Made by a program: the position numbers and the translations under genes. DNA of 64,000 bases from Eledone cirrhosa (lineage: Eukaryota), in contig OZ024745.1 of assembly GCA_964016885.1 (NCBI GenBank), positions 126,852,001 to 126,916,000 of the forward strand, written 5' to 3'. Below, one piece after another: positions 12,695 to 25,327 of this stretch. The notes beneath the pieces are model-generated. The model saw nothing but the letters and a program-made list of their open reading frames with translations. It did not search any database and was not told the origin of the DNA. The number at the start of each line of letters is the position of its first letter. Within the stretch, counting starts at the first letter, position 1.

Positions 12695-13106
12695 TCCCTT
12701 CCTTGTGTGACATATAAATGTTATATTTATGTTCATTGATATTCTACCTAACCTGATTAGTTCTCTATCTGTTTTATTTGTTTCTTCTTTGTGTGACATA
12801 TAAATGTTATATCTATAGTGATTCATGTTCTCTATACAATAAATGCAAGCAAAATATTGAATCTCAGCTATTAATATTAAAACTAGTGAATAATTTAGAG
12901 AGAAAGTTAGTAAAAATTTATAGAGTTCACTATCATTCTTTGATCAACTTACTCGATGACTGTGAATCAATCCTTTCTGTATTTCACCATGGCATTTATT
13001 TTGAGTAAAGCTTCAGCATTGACCTATTGAGAAGAAACACAACTACAAAGATTTTTTTTTAAATTAGATAAACTTGATAGAGCTTGACTTGGAATTTAGC
13101 CAAATA

Positions 13107-13461
13107 CAGTGACACCTCTCAGTACGAGTTTAATTCATTCCATGATCGAGATCGTTTCACGATTTACTCATTTTACAAATCAATTTTCCTCATTAAAATT
13201 AATTAAAATATAAATAATCCATTCCAGCTCCTAAAACCACCCAAAAATAATTGTTTATGGGTTTTTAAAACAGAAAATGACAATTATAAAAACATAATAA
13301 AAGAGAATCCAAAAGAAATATGTAAACTGGTTTTATTAATTGTATGAAACTCGCTCGTACTGCGGATTTTCACTCGTGCTACAAGACAAAGATTTGCACA
13401 AACCGCGGCTTGAACAGCAATTACTAGGACAATGGGGCACTCAAATTATGAGGTTCTACTG
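13107..13461. mobile_element. Tigger/pogo-like MITE
   Basis: TA|CAGTGACACCTC ... GAGGTTCTACTG|TA: imperfect TIRs with TA target duplication. Confidence 0.75.
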
Positions 13462-16029
13462 TACTCGAAATATTTTATTACATAGCTAGAATTTATATAT
13501 TCATCTTAAGATTATCTTTTCCTACATATTGGCATTTGATGACACATGTTTTTTTTTTATTTGCTTATAAGTGCTCAAAATAAATGTAACTATTTTGATT
13601 TTTTTCTCTATTCATATTTACTACCATAAAAGACGTAGTTTATGCAGGTATGAAATAAAATATAACTTGCTACTTGCCCAATTAATAAATAAATGCCATT
13701 AAATTTAATTAGACATTTTCTAATTTTATTGCATGTCTCACATTAACATCAAGCTTGCTTAAAGTTTAAAGTATACCATAAATTTAAGGTTTACAAATTA
13801 GCATTAATTTACTTATTGTTATTCTCTTTGATTGTTTTACCATTTGAACTAAGTAAAAAATGTAATATTCAGATTCTAAAGAAATAAATTACTATACAAC
13901 ATTAATAGTAAAACCTTAGGATAACATTTCTAACTTTCGAAATTCATATTGAGTTTGATTTAGAAAACAATTTGATTTTATATATATTTGTATTTAATCA
14001 GCTCTGCTTCAAATAGCAAAATAATTTTGAATCATAAATATATCAAAATATAATGAGATATATACTTTATATATATCCAGAGGGATCATAGCAATAGAAA
14101 TTAGGCAAAATGCAACAAAAAAAATAACACATTCTTCAAAGATGTTAATCATATATGATTTACTTGAGACGTAGGTGGAAGTATTGATTTTAACTTCAAG
14201 CTAGTTTTTATACTATATCTCTTTGATTCAACTCAGTTCTCTTATTTGATACAAAAATAATAACTGGAATAAACTAGTTTGTTAAAAGAATCATTAGCAT
14301 CATCAAATCTTCTTCAGTGTCAAAGTATTATTTATATTACCTCGTGGAAGAATTCACAAGTTCTATGTAGAGTTTTCTTTTTTTTCTGTATTCCTCCAGA
14401 GTAACAACCTGCAAAATATGATGGCATTAGAGACAGTATTTAGTTAATATCAGACAATCATTTAAATGATTTGATTGGCAGTATCGGTAGAGCATCAAAC
14501 ACCATGCTTTGCAGTATAGAGTTGTGGCCCTTTACGTTCTGAGTACAAATCTCACCGAGGTTAACTTTGCCATTCATCCTTACAGGGTCGATAAAATAAG
14601 CACCTGTAATGAAATTGGGTAATTGTTGGCCTTGCGCCAAAAGTAGAAACAATTATATTTATTATTGTACTTTAATATCTTTTTCTGTTGATATTTATGG
14701 AATTGGATGTAGTTTATGTATCAATTATGAATAAGATTTTAAAAGCAATGAAATACATAGCAAGATGGTCCATTAAAGACAATTCTCTAATTCCCATTAT
14801 TCATTTTTATTACTTATTACAAATGCATACACATTGGATTCAGAAAATATAAAAGGTTCTACAAGTTTGAAAGAATATTGTTAAGCTAGCTATACTAGAA
14901 AACAGAACAGATTTACTAATGTATAACTTTAGTTAAACTATATGCATAATAAAGTTGACAACAAACTGTGATTTGTTGGATTATTATTTAATGAATCGCG
15001 CCGAGGTTAACTTTGCCTTTCATCCCTACGGGGTCGATAAAATAAAGTACCAGTAATGCACTGGGTAATTGCTGGCCTTGTGCCAAAAGTAGAAACAATT
15101 ATTTAATGAATAATAAACATTAACAAAAAACTACATCTGGAGATCAGGTCATATTGCAATGCTCACTGGGAAATCTTTCTGCTGCACAGTTCAATATTAA
15201 GTCTGCAGTAAATGAACACAGATAACAGTTTGTCTGTTACAAGCTTGCATGTAATGCTCTACAAGAGAATACCACAAAAACGGAGATATTTATAGCTCAA
15301 CTAATTTGCTAAGACTACATTTTAATGTTATTTATGACATAGCTATTCAATATTTACTTTAAATTTGAGAATCAATAAGCAAAATATATAATCTTATAAT
15401 TGTTTCTTAATTTCACAAAAGTTACATTATTTAAAATGATGGTGCAGTTTAATTGAAAGCTAATTAGATGTTCAAGAAAACAAGAGAATAATTTAAATTA
15501 CATTATTGTTTTATTTATTTGCAATAATCTAGATATTAAAGAAATACACAGGAAATTGTTTTGACTAGATCCTAGATAGAAAACAATAGTTTCTCATAGT
15601 TCATACCAACTTGTTCTCCATCCACCTAGCAACAGTAATATTTATTATATGGCTAATTTGTCTATTCAGCTCTGCTTCCCTGCTTCCTTGATCTAAACTA
15701 GTTGTTGCTGCCAATCAATAACCTCAGTTATTGAGCCTTTGATTCATTCCCTCACATATAATACTGCATGAAGCATAACTACTAGATACAATTTTGACAT
15801 TGAGATTGGAATTTGCTAATGGTGTCCAATCATTAATCATATTTCTATTCTAAATTCTAATGTCATCTTCCTGTAAATACACCTCAGTCAGATGTTGAAT
15901 GAAAGCTATAATCTATTATGAATAAATGAAAGGAAATATGTCCCTTAACATTAGTGCTATCTTAATCTAAAGGACACAACAATGAACCATGTGGGTGTTT
16001 GACCTGCTAAAAATAGCAGGCAAATTTCC

Positions 16030-16215
16030 TTAACCCTTTAGCATTTAAACCAACCATAGCCGACCTGAATTCTCTCACCGCTTTCTGTTCAAACCAGCCA
16101 TAATTGGGCCACTCATACCAATGTTAGGGTTTGTTCTCAAAATAAATAATATCAAAATCTCGTAGCTTCTATATTAAATGAGATAAAGCCTTTATCATAT
16201 AACAATAAGGGTTAA
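16030..16215 (+). mobile_element. piggyBac-type MITE family 1 (internally deleted)
   Basis: TTAA|ccctttagcatt ... taaggg|TTAA. Confidence 0.8.
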
Positions 16216-16664
16216 ACTCTTTTCATGATATAGCAGAAAATATCTAAAAATGGATTTGTTAGTTCAAATGTTTATAGTATCTTCACTAGTAGACAGATCT
16301 TTGTAAATCATTTACAATTATTAAAGTGAAGATTTAATTTTTTAATGTGATGTAGCCAGAGTGCCATTTTGTTGATTTTCAAAAATGACTTGCTAATGGG
16401 TTTCATGTGGTAAAGGATATTAAGAGCAAAATCACACCCTACTATTTTAGAAACAAACAACATGATAGATAATATAAGCCTAGATATAGTAAATCTGTAA
16501 AGGAAATGGAGGGATTACCCACATGCACATACATGCAACCTAAACAACATCTCATACAAAAAGAAAGAAAATTGATTCTATGAAATACTACATCAACAAT
16601 TGATGTCATCCTTCTTGTGAATAACAAAGTAACCACCAAACAAATGTATGTATGTATGTATGTA

Positions 16665-16860
16665 TGTATGTATGTATGTATGTATGTATGTATGTATGTA
16701 TGTATGTATGTATGTATGTATGTATGTATGTTAAGAGTGAAAGCAGCGATTCTTTGCTTAAACTTTAATCTGTTATTTTAATAAATATTTGCTCTACGGT
16801 TCTTATATATTTATCCTTATCGAGCCCTCTTTGGATTTTAGTCTTCAAATTTATTATTAT

Positions 16861-16919
<59 letters not shown>
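16665..16919. repeat. (TATG)n and (TA)n microsatellites with an intervening unique segment
   Basis: Directly visible. Confidence 0.9.
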
Positions 16920-16924
<5 letters not shown>

Positions 16925-16954
16925 AGATCAAAAGATGGTTAAAAGAGTTCCAAG

Positions 16955-17025
16955 TATTTTATTATGCGCATTTCAAAAACAAATATCATCATGGGATGAT
17001 ATCTGCGTTCTCATCAGATAAAATA
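16955..17025 (-). ncRNA. Type I hammerhead ribozyme motif (minimal, palindromic stem III)
   Basis: Minus strand reads tattttat CTGATGA gaacgcagatatcatc-ccat-gatgatatttgttttt GAAA tgcgca TA ataaaata. Perfect 8-bp stem I, ~15-bp stem II, AUA cleavage triplet. Confidence 0.85.
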
Positions 17026-18030
17026 GGGAGACATGATATGAAGCTTAAAAAACACTTGTGAATAGTGAAGTTTTAAACCAACATATGAAATTGGCATAAA
17101 TATATATATATATATGTATGTATGTATATATCTATGTATGTATGTATGTACGTTTATGTATATATATATATGTATAAATTTTACAACTTTGAAATCGTAA
17201 AAAAAAAAACAATCAATTTTTATAACATGAAAACTTGAGGGGAATAACAGCTATAGAATTAGTACATATTAATTTAAATCAGATCATTGAAAAGGAAGGA
17301 AGACTATGTTGTGTTAACCAGTGCTTATTTTCAAAGCAAGCATTTAGAGTTTGGTAAGAAAGAAAACAAAAGACAAATATTCCGAGACAGAAGTATAATT
17401 AATACAATTAAGAGAAAACTACGAAATACAATCAATAAGCTATAATGTAGTCCTACATACATCTTTTTTAAGACTTGAATTGGGAGGTTAGCAATTGAAA
17501 GTAATTAGTTTCTCGTTACTTCACCGTCAGTTTTCCAAAGAGCTCATTTTCCAAAACATTCTTCCCTGATTTAATGAAGGTCATTGTAGAATCAAGTTCC
17601 TGTGATCAATACAAATTAAGAATAATAACTATCCTCATTACACAGACTCACATATGCACACACATGCATGCTCATGTACACACACACATCCACACAAACA
17701 CACACACAGCTACAGTAATGCTGTATATAATTTTATTTGCAAAATTCATGAGACCCATTCCCATCATCAGTATTAGAAGTGTCATTATTATTGGGATTTT
17801 TGTTTTAGGGTTTTACTGATTTCAGTTTTATGGCTAGATGCATTTCTTATTGCAAACCAATTTTCTTTAAATTACTTGAATCTGGAAGAAGAGGCAGTAT
17901 AGATGGCATCTGAAGGCCCTCTAATGCCGGTGACATTGTTGCTGTTAATGTTTCATTTAAACTGTAGTAAATCTATGACCACAAGAGAGATATGTGCAGA
18001 AAGAGAATTCCAGAGAGATGACATTCTGAG

Positions 18031-18208
18031 AAGAACTGGGTGTTGGGGTTAGTATTAGGTGATTAGGGGAGAAGAAAGAACTTGATCTAGGAGTTAAAGC
18101 TGGATGATAAAAGGAGGAAAAAGAATTGGGTATAAGGGTTAGTATTGGGTGATAAGAAGAGAAGAAAGAACAAGGTTTAGGGATTAGTATTGGGTGATAA
18201 GAGGGGGG
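18031..18208. repeat. Degenerate 45-bp minisatellite, ~4 units
   Basis: Unit aagaa(c/t)...gg(g)ttagtattgggtgataag..gagaaga recurs with a ~45-nt period. Confidence 0.75.
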
Positions 18209-20359
18209 AAAATGAGTGAACCTGGTGCGTCTAGTGGAGGTGGTATGAAAATAACTTGTTCTGATAAACAAAGGCCATTGCAGCAGTATTAGAAAAAGCA
18301 GAGAAAGGACACAGCATTAAAAAGGGCCAGAGGCAAGAGAGTGTTTGTGAGTGACTTTATGCCAATTAACTAAGTGGATTTTCTCTAGATGTGAACCAGG
18401 ATGTCTGTGCATGCAGCAGCAGCACTATCTCAGATGTGGGAGCAGCAAAATAGCCCCTCAAAACACAAGCACTTCTCATATCAAGAAAACCCCCATCACA
18501 TCTCACCTCCCTTAAGCAGAAGCAGCACACAATGAGAGCAACGTGTATTTTTCCTAAATGCAAGGGCTCATAATCACTGAAGATCTCTCATGGTGAATGC
18601 ACATTATTAACTTAACTCAGACATCTCAAAAACTAGCCCCTCTTTTCAGAGTCAGAAACTACTTCATCCCCATACAATTGAGCCTCACAAAACATTTGGG
18701 ATGGCATTGCTGCACGCACAAACATCAAAATCTACATCTATACAAAAAACACTAAGCTAAACAGTTTTTTGTCACTCAAAGATTCTCTCCAGGTTTTTCT
18801 ATCTCTACTACAATGACCTCTGCTCCTTGGGGCTTGCTGCTCTTGTGTCACCTCCATCCAGGCATTTCTCCTTACACATCTCTTGGGGTGATTTTCTCCA
18901 AACATTGTTGACCCATTTTTTTTTTAAATGTGAATCTCTGCAGTACAGCTATGATTGATCAACTTAGACTAGGGATGGAGAGTTTTTGTAGTATATGAAG
19001 TGTAGCCACATGTCTATCTGTTTCTGTTGGATCAGCGATGACGCATATATTCTGACAAGGAGCACACAGAAATGGATGTGTTGAGTAATCCCAAAGAGTG
19101 ATTCATGTTTTAAAGATTAGAATATTTTCTGTTTTTGTATGTTGCAGTTATTTTTATATTTCTATTTGTGCATGGATTAGGTGTTTATTTATATAATTCT
19201 TATATAAACAATTGCTTTCACGCTGGCTGCTCTGCTAAATGTCTGCCTCTTAACTTATCTAATTATCTGCTTTGTTGATCATACAGAAAAGCCCCGTGAC
19301 AGGCTTTGAAGCAATGGAACTTTTATCCTAATACTTTAAGCACACAACAACCACACCTCATCCAAATTCAATATCATTTAAAATAAGCCCATAATATTGC
19401 CCAAAATATTTCATGAACAATAATCCCTGTGTATCAATATTAATAAAATTGTAAAGAAATTAAGCAATTCCTCTAGGTTCTTCTAAAATATTCTTAAACA
19501 TTTTCTTGCAATCTTATCAATGTTACTTGTACTTACTTGTACTTTAATAAATCAAGCTATTTCTTCTATCTCTCATTTTATCTTCTGATGAAGGACTAAT
19601 ATCAAAAAAGTTAATATCCTTTTCCTACTATATCATGCATTAAACTAGTATATATCCTCATTGTACTGTATTGTTCTTCCATGTTATTTCCTTGTTGACT
19701 TTTCACATATGTATAACTTTCTATTATATCTCTAAGATATACAGTACTTCTACAGTAAACTAGCAAACTTAACATAAGCAATGCTCTTCTCATAAAACAC
19801 TTGGTGTAACATTCACATCAAGTATTTTCTAATGAAAACAATTTATGTTCTTAAACTGAAACAAAGTATAATTTTTGCCTGTCTCTGTTCATCTTCATAT
19901 CAACACTATTCTCTTGTATAAACGATATATTCCAGTAATAACTAGTTTGACAATGGTGGTCAGTCTATATGATACTTTTAAAAAATTGTGAGTTAGTATC
20001 AGAAGGGGTGTAAGGCTATGGAAGATCTACCTTAAAAGTCTTATCCAGCATGGAGAGCAGATGTAAAAATGATAACGATTATGATAATGACGTGTGTATC
20101 CTTGAACCTTGATCCAGAGTCTTGAAATCACTCACGGAGGAGGAACCCCTCCCTGGAATCCTGCCATTGATTTCTGTCCCTTGCCAGTATTAGCCATGAG
20201 GGTCCCAGGTGGTTGGTGAGGTTGTCTCGCCATCTTATCCTTGGGCATCCTTTTGATCTTGTCTATATTCTTGGAGTCCACTCATCCTTGAGATGTGTGT
20301 ATAGAGATGCATACATATGCATTATTTGTTGATTGGATTTATCAAATGTCCATTGTTTC

Positions 20360-20890
20360 TGATGACAAGCATTACAGTTGTTCAAACAATGGAACAGCCT
20401 GCTTGTGAAATTAACATGCAAGAAAGCGAGTCTTCCACAGACACGTGTACTCTTAATGTAGTTTTCTGGGTGAGTCAGTGTGACATAGTGTGTGACAAGG
20501 CTGCCCCTTTGAACCACAGGTACAACTCAGTTTATGCCAGCTGAGTGAACTGGAGCATTATGAAATAAAGTGTCTTGCTCAACTCAAGGACAATGCACCA
20601 GCAGGAATCAATAAGCTATACACCTATATCAACAGTTGATCAACAAGATCCCAGACCTCATTCACTTAATGAGTGGGGTGGAGCTCATCAAATCGGACCA
20701 AGGAAACAATGTTTTCATGAGTCTTTCTAATTGCTAATACTATCTGTCGGTCGCAAATCCAGGCAGAAGGAGCAATGTGAAATAAAATGTCTTGTTCAAG
20801 GACATAATGCACGCCCAGTCTGGTAATTGAAATCACAACCTCACGATTGCAAATCCAATTCTCTAACTATTCAGCCACTTGCCTTCACAA
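20360..20890 (-). mobile_element. Two family-B-core SINEs with different tails (relatives at 26640-26930 and 49527-49745)
   Basis: Shared gaaataaagtgtcttgctcaaggac core with distinct downstream modules. Confidence 0.7.
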
Positions 20891-21574
20891 CTATATAAAC
20901 AGAACAATTAAACATGTAAATCTCTCCTCATGTTAGTCTAATTCAAGTAACTTTCCTGATAGGAAATAAATATTCTATTTCTACATTAACTAAAGCAGCA
21001 TGCTTGCAATGAAATATAAATCTACAACCACAGAATCACATGTTTCATACCTTGTTCATCCAGATATTTCTTTTTTTTACTTCCAAATCATTTCCTAGAG
21101 AAGATATTCTATCATTCAATTTATTCCTCATCTATTTTTGTATTGATCATACAAACCAATCTATGATTTGTTGAAGAATAAATATAGGACCAACACAAAG
21201 AATTAATTATAACCATTTCCTTACTGTACACCATAAACAATTTGTTTCTGAAACTATCTAACATTTTCAGTTGAATATGTAGAAACATTATATTTATTTA
21301 TAAAAAAAAAACATTTGGTATATATTAAATCAAATAGCATTTTTAATGATTTCCTGTTGTAATGTCATTCCATATATCTGTGTATATGTGTATATGTATA
21401 TATGTATATATATATATATATAGTGTATGTAAGTATGCATGTATGTATGTGTGTGTGTGTATGTATGTATGCATTCATGCATATATCTATGTATGCATGT
21501 ATGTGTGTATATATATATATATATATACTATGGAATGCTGTTTGCTTTTTGCTGCAGTGTTTTCTATACCTTTC

Positions 21575-21613
<39 letters not shown>

Positions 21614-21729
21614 TAACAGATTAAAGTTTAAGCAAAGATGTGTATGCATCTGAATCAATATTTAACACCTAGCTAGATTTAGTAAAAGATGTGAACACTA
21701 AACAACTTTTCTTTTTTCTTGAATTTCAG

Positions 21730-21814
21730 AAAAGCTTTGAGGGCATATGAAGAAAAATGGGATCGGAGATTTCACCTGTTATGTTGTTGTATAGAACGGA
21801 GAGGTAGAAATCAG
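21730..21814 (+). CDS. DAGLA: DAGLA internal exon
   Basis: tttcAG / CAG|gtgaga. 85 nt, completes the split Arg codon and encodes KALRAYEEKWDRRFHLLCCCIERRGRNQ (cf. SWSRRLKVFLCC). Confidence 0.9.
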
Positions 21815-22173
21815 GTGAGACTTAATTTAGATTTTTAATGCATGACCAATATTTTTCATGTATATGATAAATTCCTATGATTGTTGCTTAAATCATGTAA
21901 ATTATATGAAACTTTATAAATTTTATATAAATGTTATAACTTTGATAGGTTTTGACCAGAATTGGCCCTGACCATGTCTAACTTAATAGCACCACTTGGT
22001 GAAGTCTTTCAGATTATGGGTTCACAGCCTAGTTATGTTTTGGACACCATGATTCACTATAGTAAAGAGTTGTTGTTTTTGGAGACATATTCACCAGGTG
22101 TAGGGGGTTTATCCAGGATTCCTTGGAGAAATTTTTCCAGGGATATTTTGATTATAGAGATTAAATTATATAA

Positions 22174-22204
<31 letters not shown>

Positions 22205-23542
22205 CTTCTTCTTCTTCTCCACACATACATATACAAATATACTCATACATACACATATACACACATACCTGATTAATAGAGAACCCATCATCTGCAATTG
22301 GGCTTATCATGTAGATAGATTGGCAGATAAACAAGAAAGATTTTACTATTTTTCAAATTACTAATCTCAAGAGTATAGATTTTGTTTGTTATTTTGGTTA
22401 TAATTATAGTGTAAGTACAATAGTTGTGGTGTCCTAGACCCTAGAGCTCCCTCCTACTTACCACTGTAGGCGCTGTGCTGGCTAGCCACAGGTGTGAACC
22501 TTGCAAGATGGAATGGCTCTTCCAGCACATCTCCCTCACCATTCTCCGTGGAAATGCCTTCTCTATTCTGTCCGCCGATGTTGTGGGGTGGCCAGCACAT
22601 GGGACCCCATTTGCTCATAATAATTGTTTCTACTTTAGGCACAAGGCCAGCAATTACCCAGTGCATTACTGGTACTTTATTTTATCGACCCCGTAAGGAT
22701 GAAAGGCAAAGTCAACCTCCGCGGGATTTGAACTCAGATCGTAAAGGGACATAACTATGCTGGAAAGCATGGCGTCTGACCCTCTACCGATACTGCCAAT
22801 AATGAGAGATGGGGAGGGCGAGAGAGATGGAGGCGATGACAGTGGGAGTTTGGCTCCTCTGTATTCGGACCCGGTGTATGTGTGTGTACGCTTACTTCTA
22901 TTCATTCGATATGACAGTATCTATGCTTCCTACTTCTGAGATAAACACACTCGTGAGATGCAAGTTTTTGAGGTCAAACAACAAATTAAACTTGTCAGAT
23001 ATGAAGTGAAATTTGGTGAAACTTTCTATGGAAACTCATATTGATACATACTTAATTGATATCTAAAATGTTTATGACCTCAAAGTTTTAATTAAAACTG
23101 TTCTATAGCTGGTCGTTTGTGCCCCACATCAAGATACATTACTTTGATAAACATAGTCTACAAGATGTGAAAGTGGTGAACACTCTAACTTCAAAGAACA
23201 ATATAAGATATCCTGCTCTGAATTAGTTTCTTCAATTCTTTTATTGATGTAGAGATTTAACCTGAAATATTAAGGACTATTAAACAACTTCAGAGTAACA
23301 TTTCAAGATTTAATGTCCCATTTGCATTTCCATAACCATCTAATAAAACACACTCTTTTCTGAATGTTACACAATGTTTTGAGCAAACTACAGTACCCTC
23401 TTACCTTTTGTTACCATATTTCTAATGAAATACATATTTGAATTAGTTATTGAAGAATTTGAAGGGATTCACTAAAGTTAATTAATTATTTCATTATCAA
23501 GATGCTATTTGTAATGTAAGTAACATGGTGGAAAGTTTTAAT

Positions 23543-23770
23543 TTAACCCTTTAGTATTTACTATTTACTATATTTACTATTGTATTTTTATGGAAAGGCT
23601 TTATCTTACATAATTATCTCATATAATATTGAATCTATGAGATTTTGATATTACTTATTTTGAGAACAATACCTTAACAACAGTATGAGCAGCCAGTTAT
23701 GGCTGGTTTGAACAGAAATAGATGAGAGAATTCTGGTCAGATATGGCTGGTTTAAATATTAAAGGGTTAA
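23543..23770 (-). mobile_element. MITE family 1 nested at a TTAA inside MITE family 2 (23400-23844)
   Basis: TTAA 23543-46 and 23767-70 flank ccctttagt...attaaaggg. Confidence 0.85.
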
Positions 23771-24509
23771 AAAGAAACTCTTTCAAATGAGTGGTTTTTG
23801 TTTGATAGAACCAGTTTTGAGCAAGTTACTATCAAAAGAGTTAAACAAATGTCAAGCTCTATAAAAATATTCCATCAGTACTAACATAGAACAAAAGTAA
23901 AATGTTATCCACCCCAAATTTATAGAAATTTTAGCAGAACCAGAAGTAACTTATAAATAATTGCTTCTACTTTTGGCACAAGGCTAGCAATTACCCAGTA
24001 CATTACTGGTACTTTATTTTATCGACTCCGTAAGGATGAAAGGCAAAGTTAACCTTGATGGGATTTGAACTCAAACCGTATAGGAAGGTAACTATGCTAG
24101 AAAGCATGGCATCCAACTCTCTACTGATACTGCCATAAATAATGATTTCTAATTTAGGCTCATGGTCATCAATTTGAAGGAGAGTAAAGTCAATTATATT
24201 GACCCAATATGTAACTGGTACTATATTTTCTTGACTTCAGAAGAATGAAAGATAATGTTGGCCTTGGCAAAATTTGAACTCAGGACGTAGGGTTGTAACT
24301 ATATAAATACTTACATTACATTTTATCCAACCCTAATGATTCTTCCCAATTTACTAGTTTTACAAATCCTTGAGAGATTCTACCATTCTGCGCTGACATT
24401 TAGTGGTGTTGTTATGAAAATGTTCAGAGACTGCGCTGATAGTGTCCAGGTATATATCATTGTGGTAGAGATGGTGGTGGTCTGTATAATTACAATACAT
24501 ATACCACAA

Positions 24510-25327
24510 CAAAAGAGCCCAGCCCACACTGTAGTAGTCATGTAGGTGTCATGACAAAAGCAAGTGCCCAGTCCACACTGTAAAGTGGTCATGTAGCTGT
24601 CATGACAAAAGAGCCCAGCCCACATGTAGTGGTCATGTAGGTGTCATGACAAAAGCGAGCGCCCAGTCCACACTGTAATGTGGTCATGTAGCTGTCATGA
24701 CAAAAGCAAGTGCCCAGTCCACACTGTAAAGTGGTCATGTAGGTGTCACAACAAAAGAGCCCAGCCCACACTATAGTGGTCATGTAGCTGTCATGACAAA
24801 AGAGCCCAGCCCACACTATAGTGGTCATGTAGCTGTCATGACAAAAGCAAGTGCCCAGTCCACACTGTAAAGTGGTCATGTAGCTGTCATGACAAAAGAG
24901 CCCAGCCCACACTGTAGTGGTCATGTAGGTGTCATGACAAAAGCAAGCGCCCAGTCCACACTGTAAAGTGGTCATGTAGCTGTCATGACAAAAGAGCCCA
25001 GCCCACACTATAGTGGTCATGTAGCTGTCATGACAAAAGCAAGTGCCCAGTCCACACTGTAAAGTGGTCATGTAGGTGTCACAACAAAAGAGCCCAGCCC
25101 ACACTATAGTGGTCATGTAGGTGTCATGACAAAAGCGAGCGCCCGGTCCATGCTGTAAAGTAGTCATGTAGGTGTCATGACAAAAGCAAGTGCCCAGTCC
25201 ACACTGTAAAGTCATCATGTAGGTGTCACAACAAAAGAGCCCAACCCACACTATAGTGGTCATGTAGGTGTCATGACAAAAGCGAGCACCCAGTCTACAC
25301 TGTAAAGTGGTCATGTGGGTGTCACAG
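24510..25327. repeat. 17-unit VNTR of mixed 45-bp and 51-bp units inside a SINE-B-type body
   Basis: Units caaaagagcccagcccacactatagtggtcatgtaggtgtcatga and caaaagcaagtgcccagtccacactgtaaagtggtcatgtagctgtcatga, continuing into ggttggcgttaggaagggcatcc...gatgatg (to 25512). Confidence 0.92.

Noticed and set aside
19584-19615. CTGATGAAGGA hammerhead-like start
   Set aside because: The GAAA box is lost and stem II is incomplete; at most a decayed remnant.
24510-25327. CRISPR-like appearance
   Set aside because: No unique spacers, eukaryotic context, and the units derive from a SINE body.
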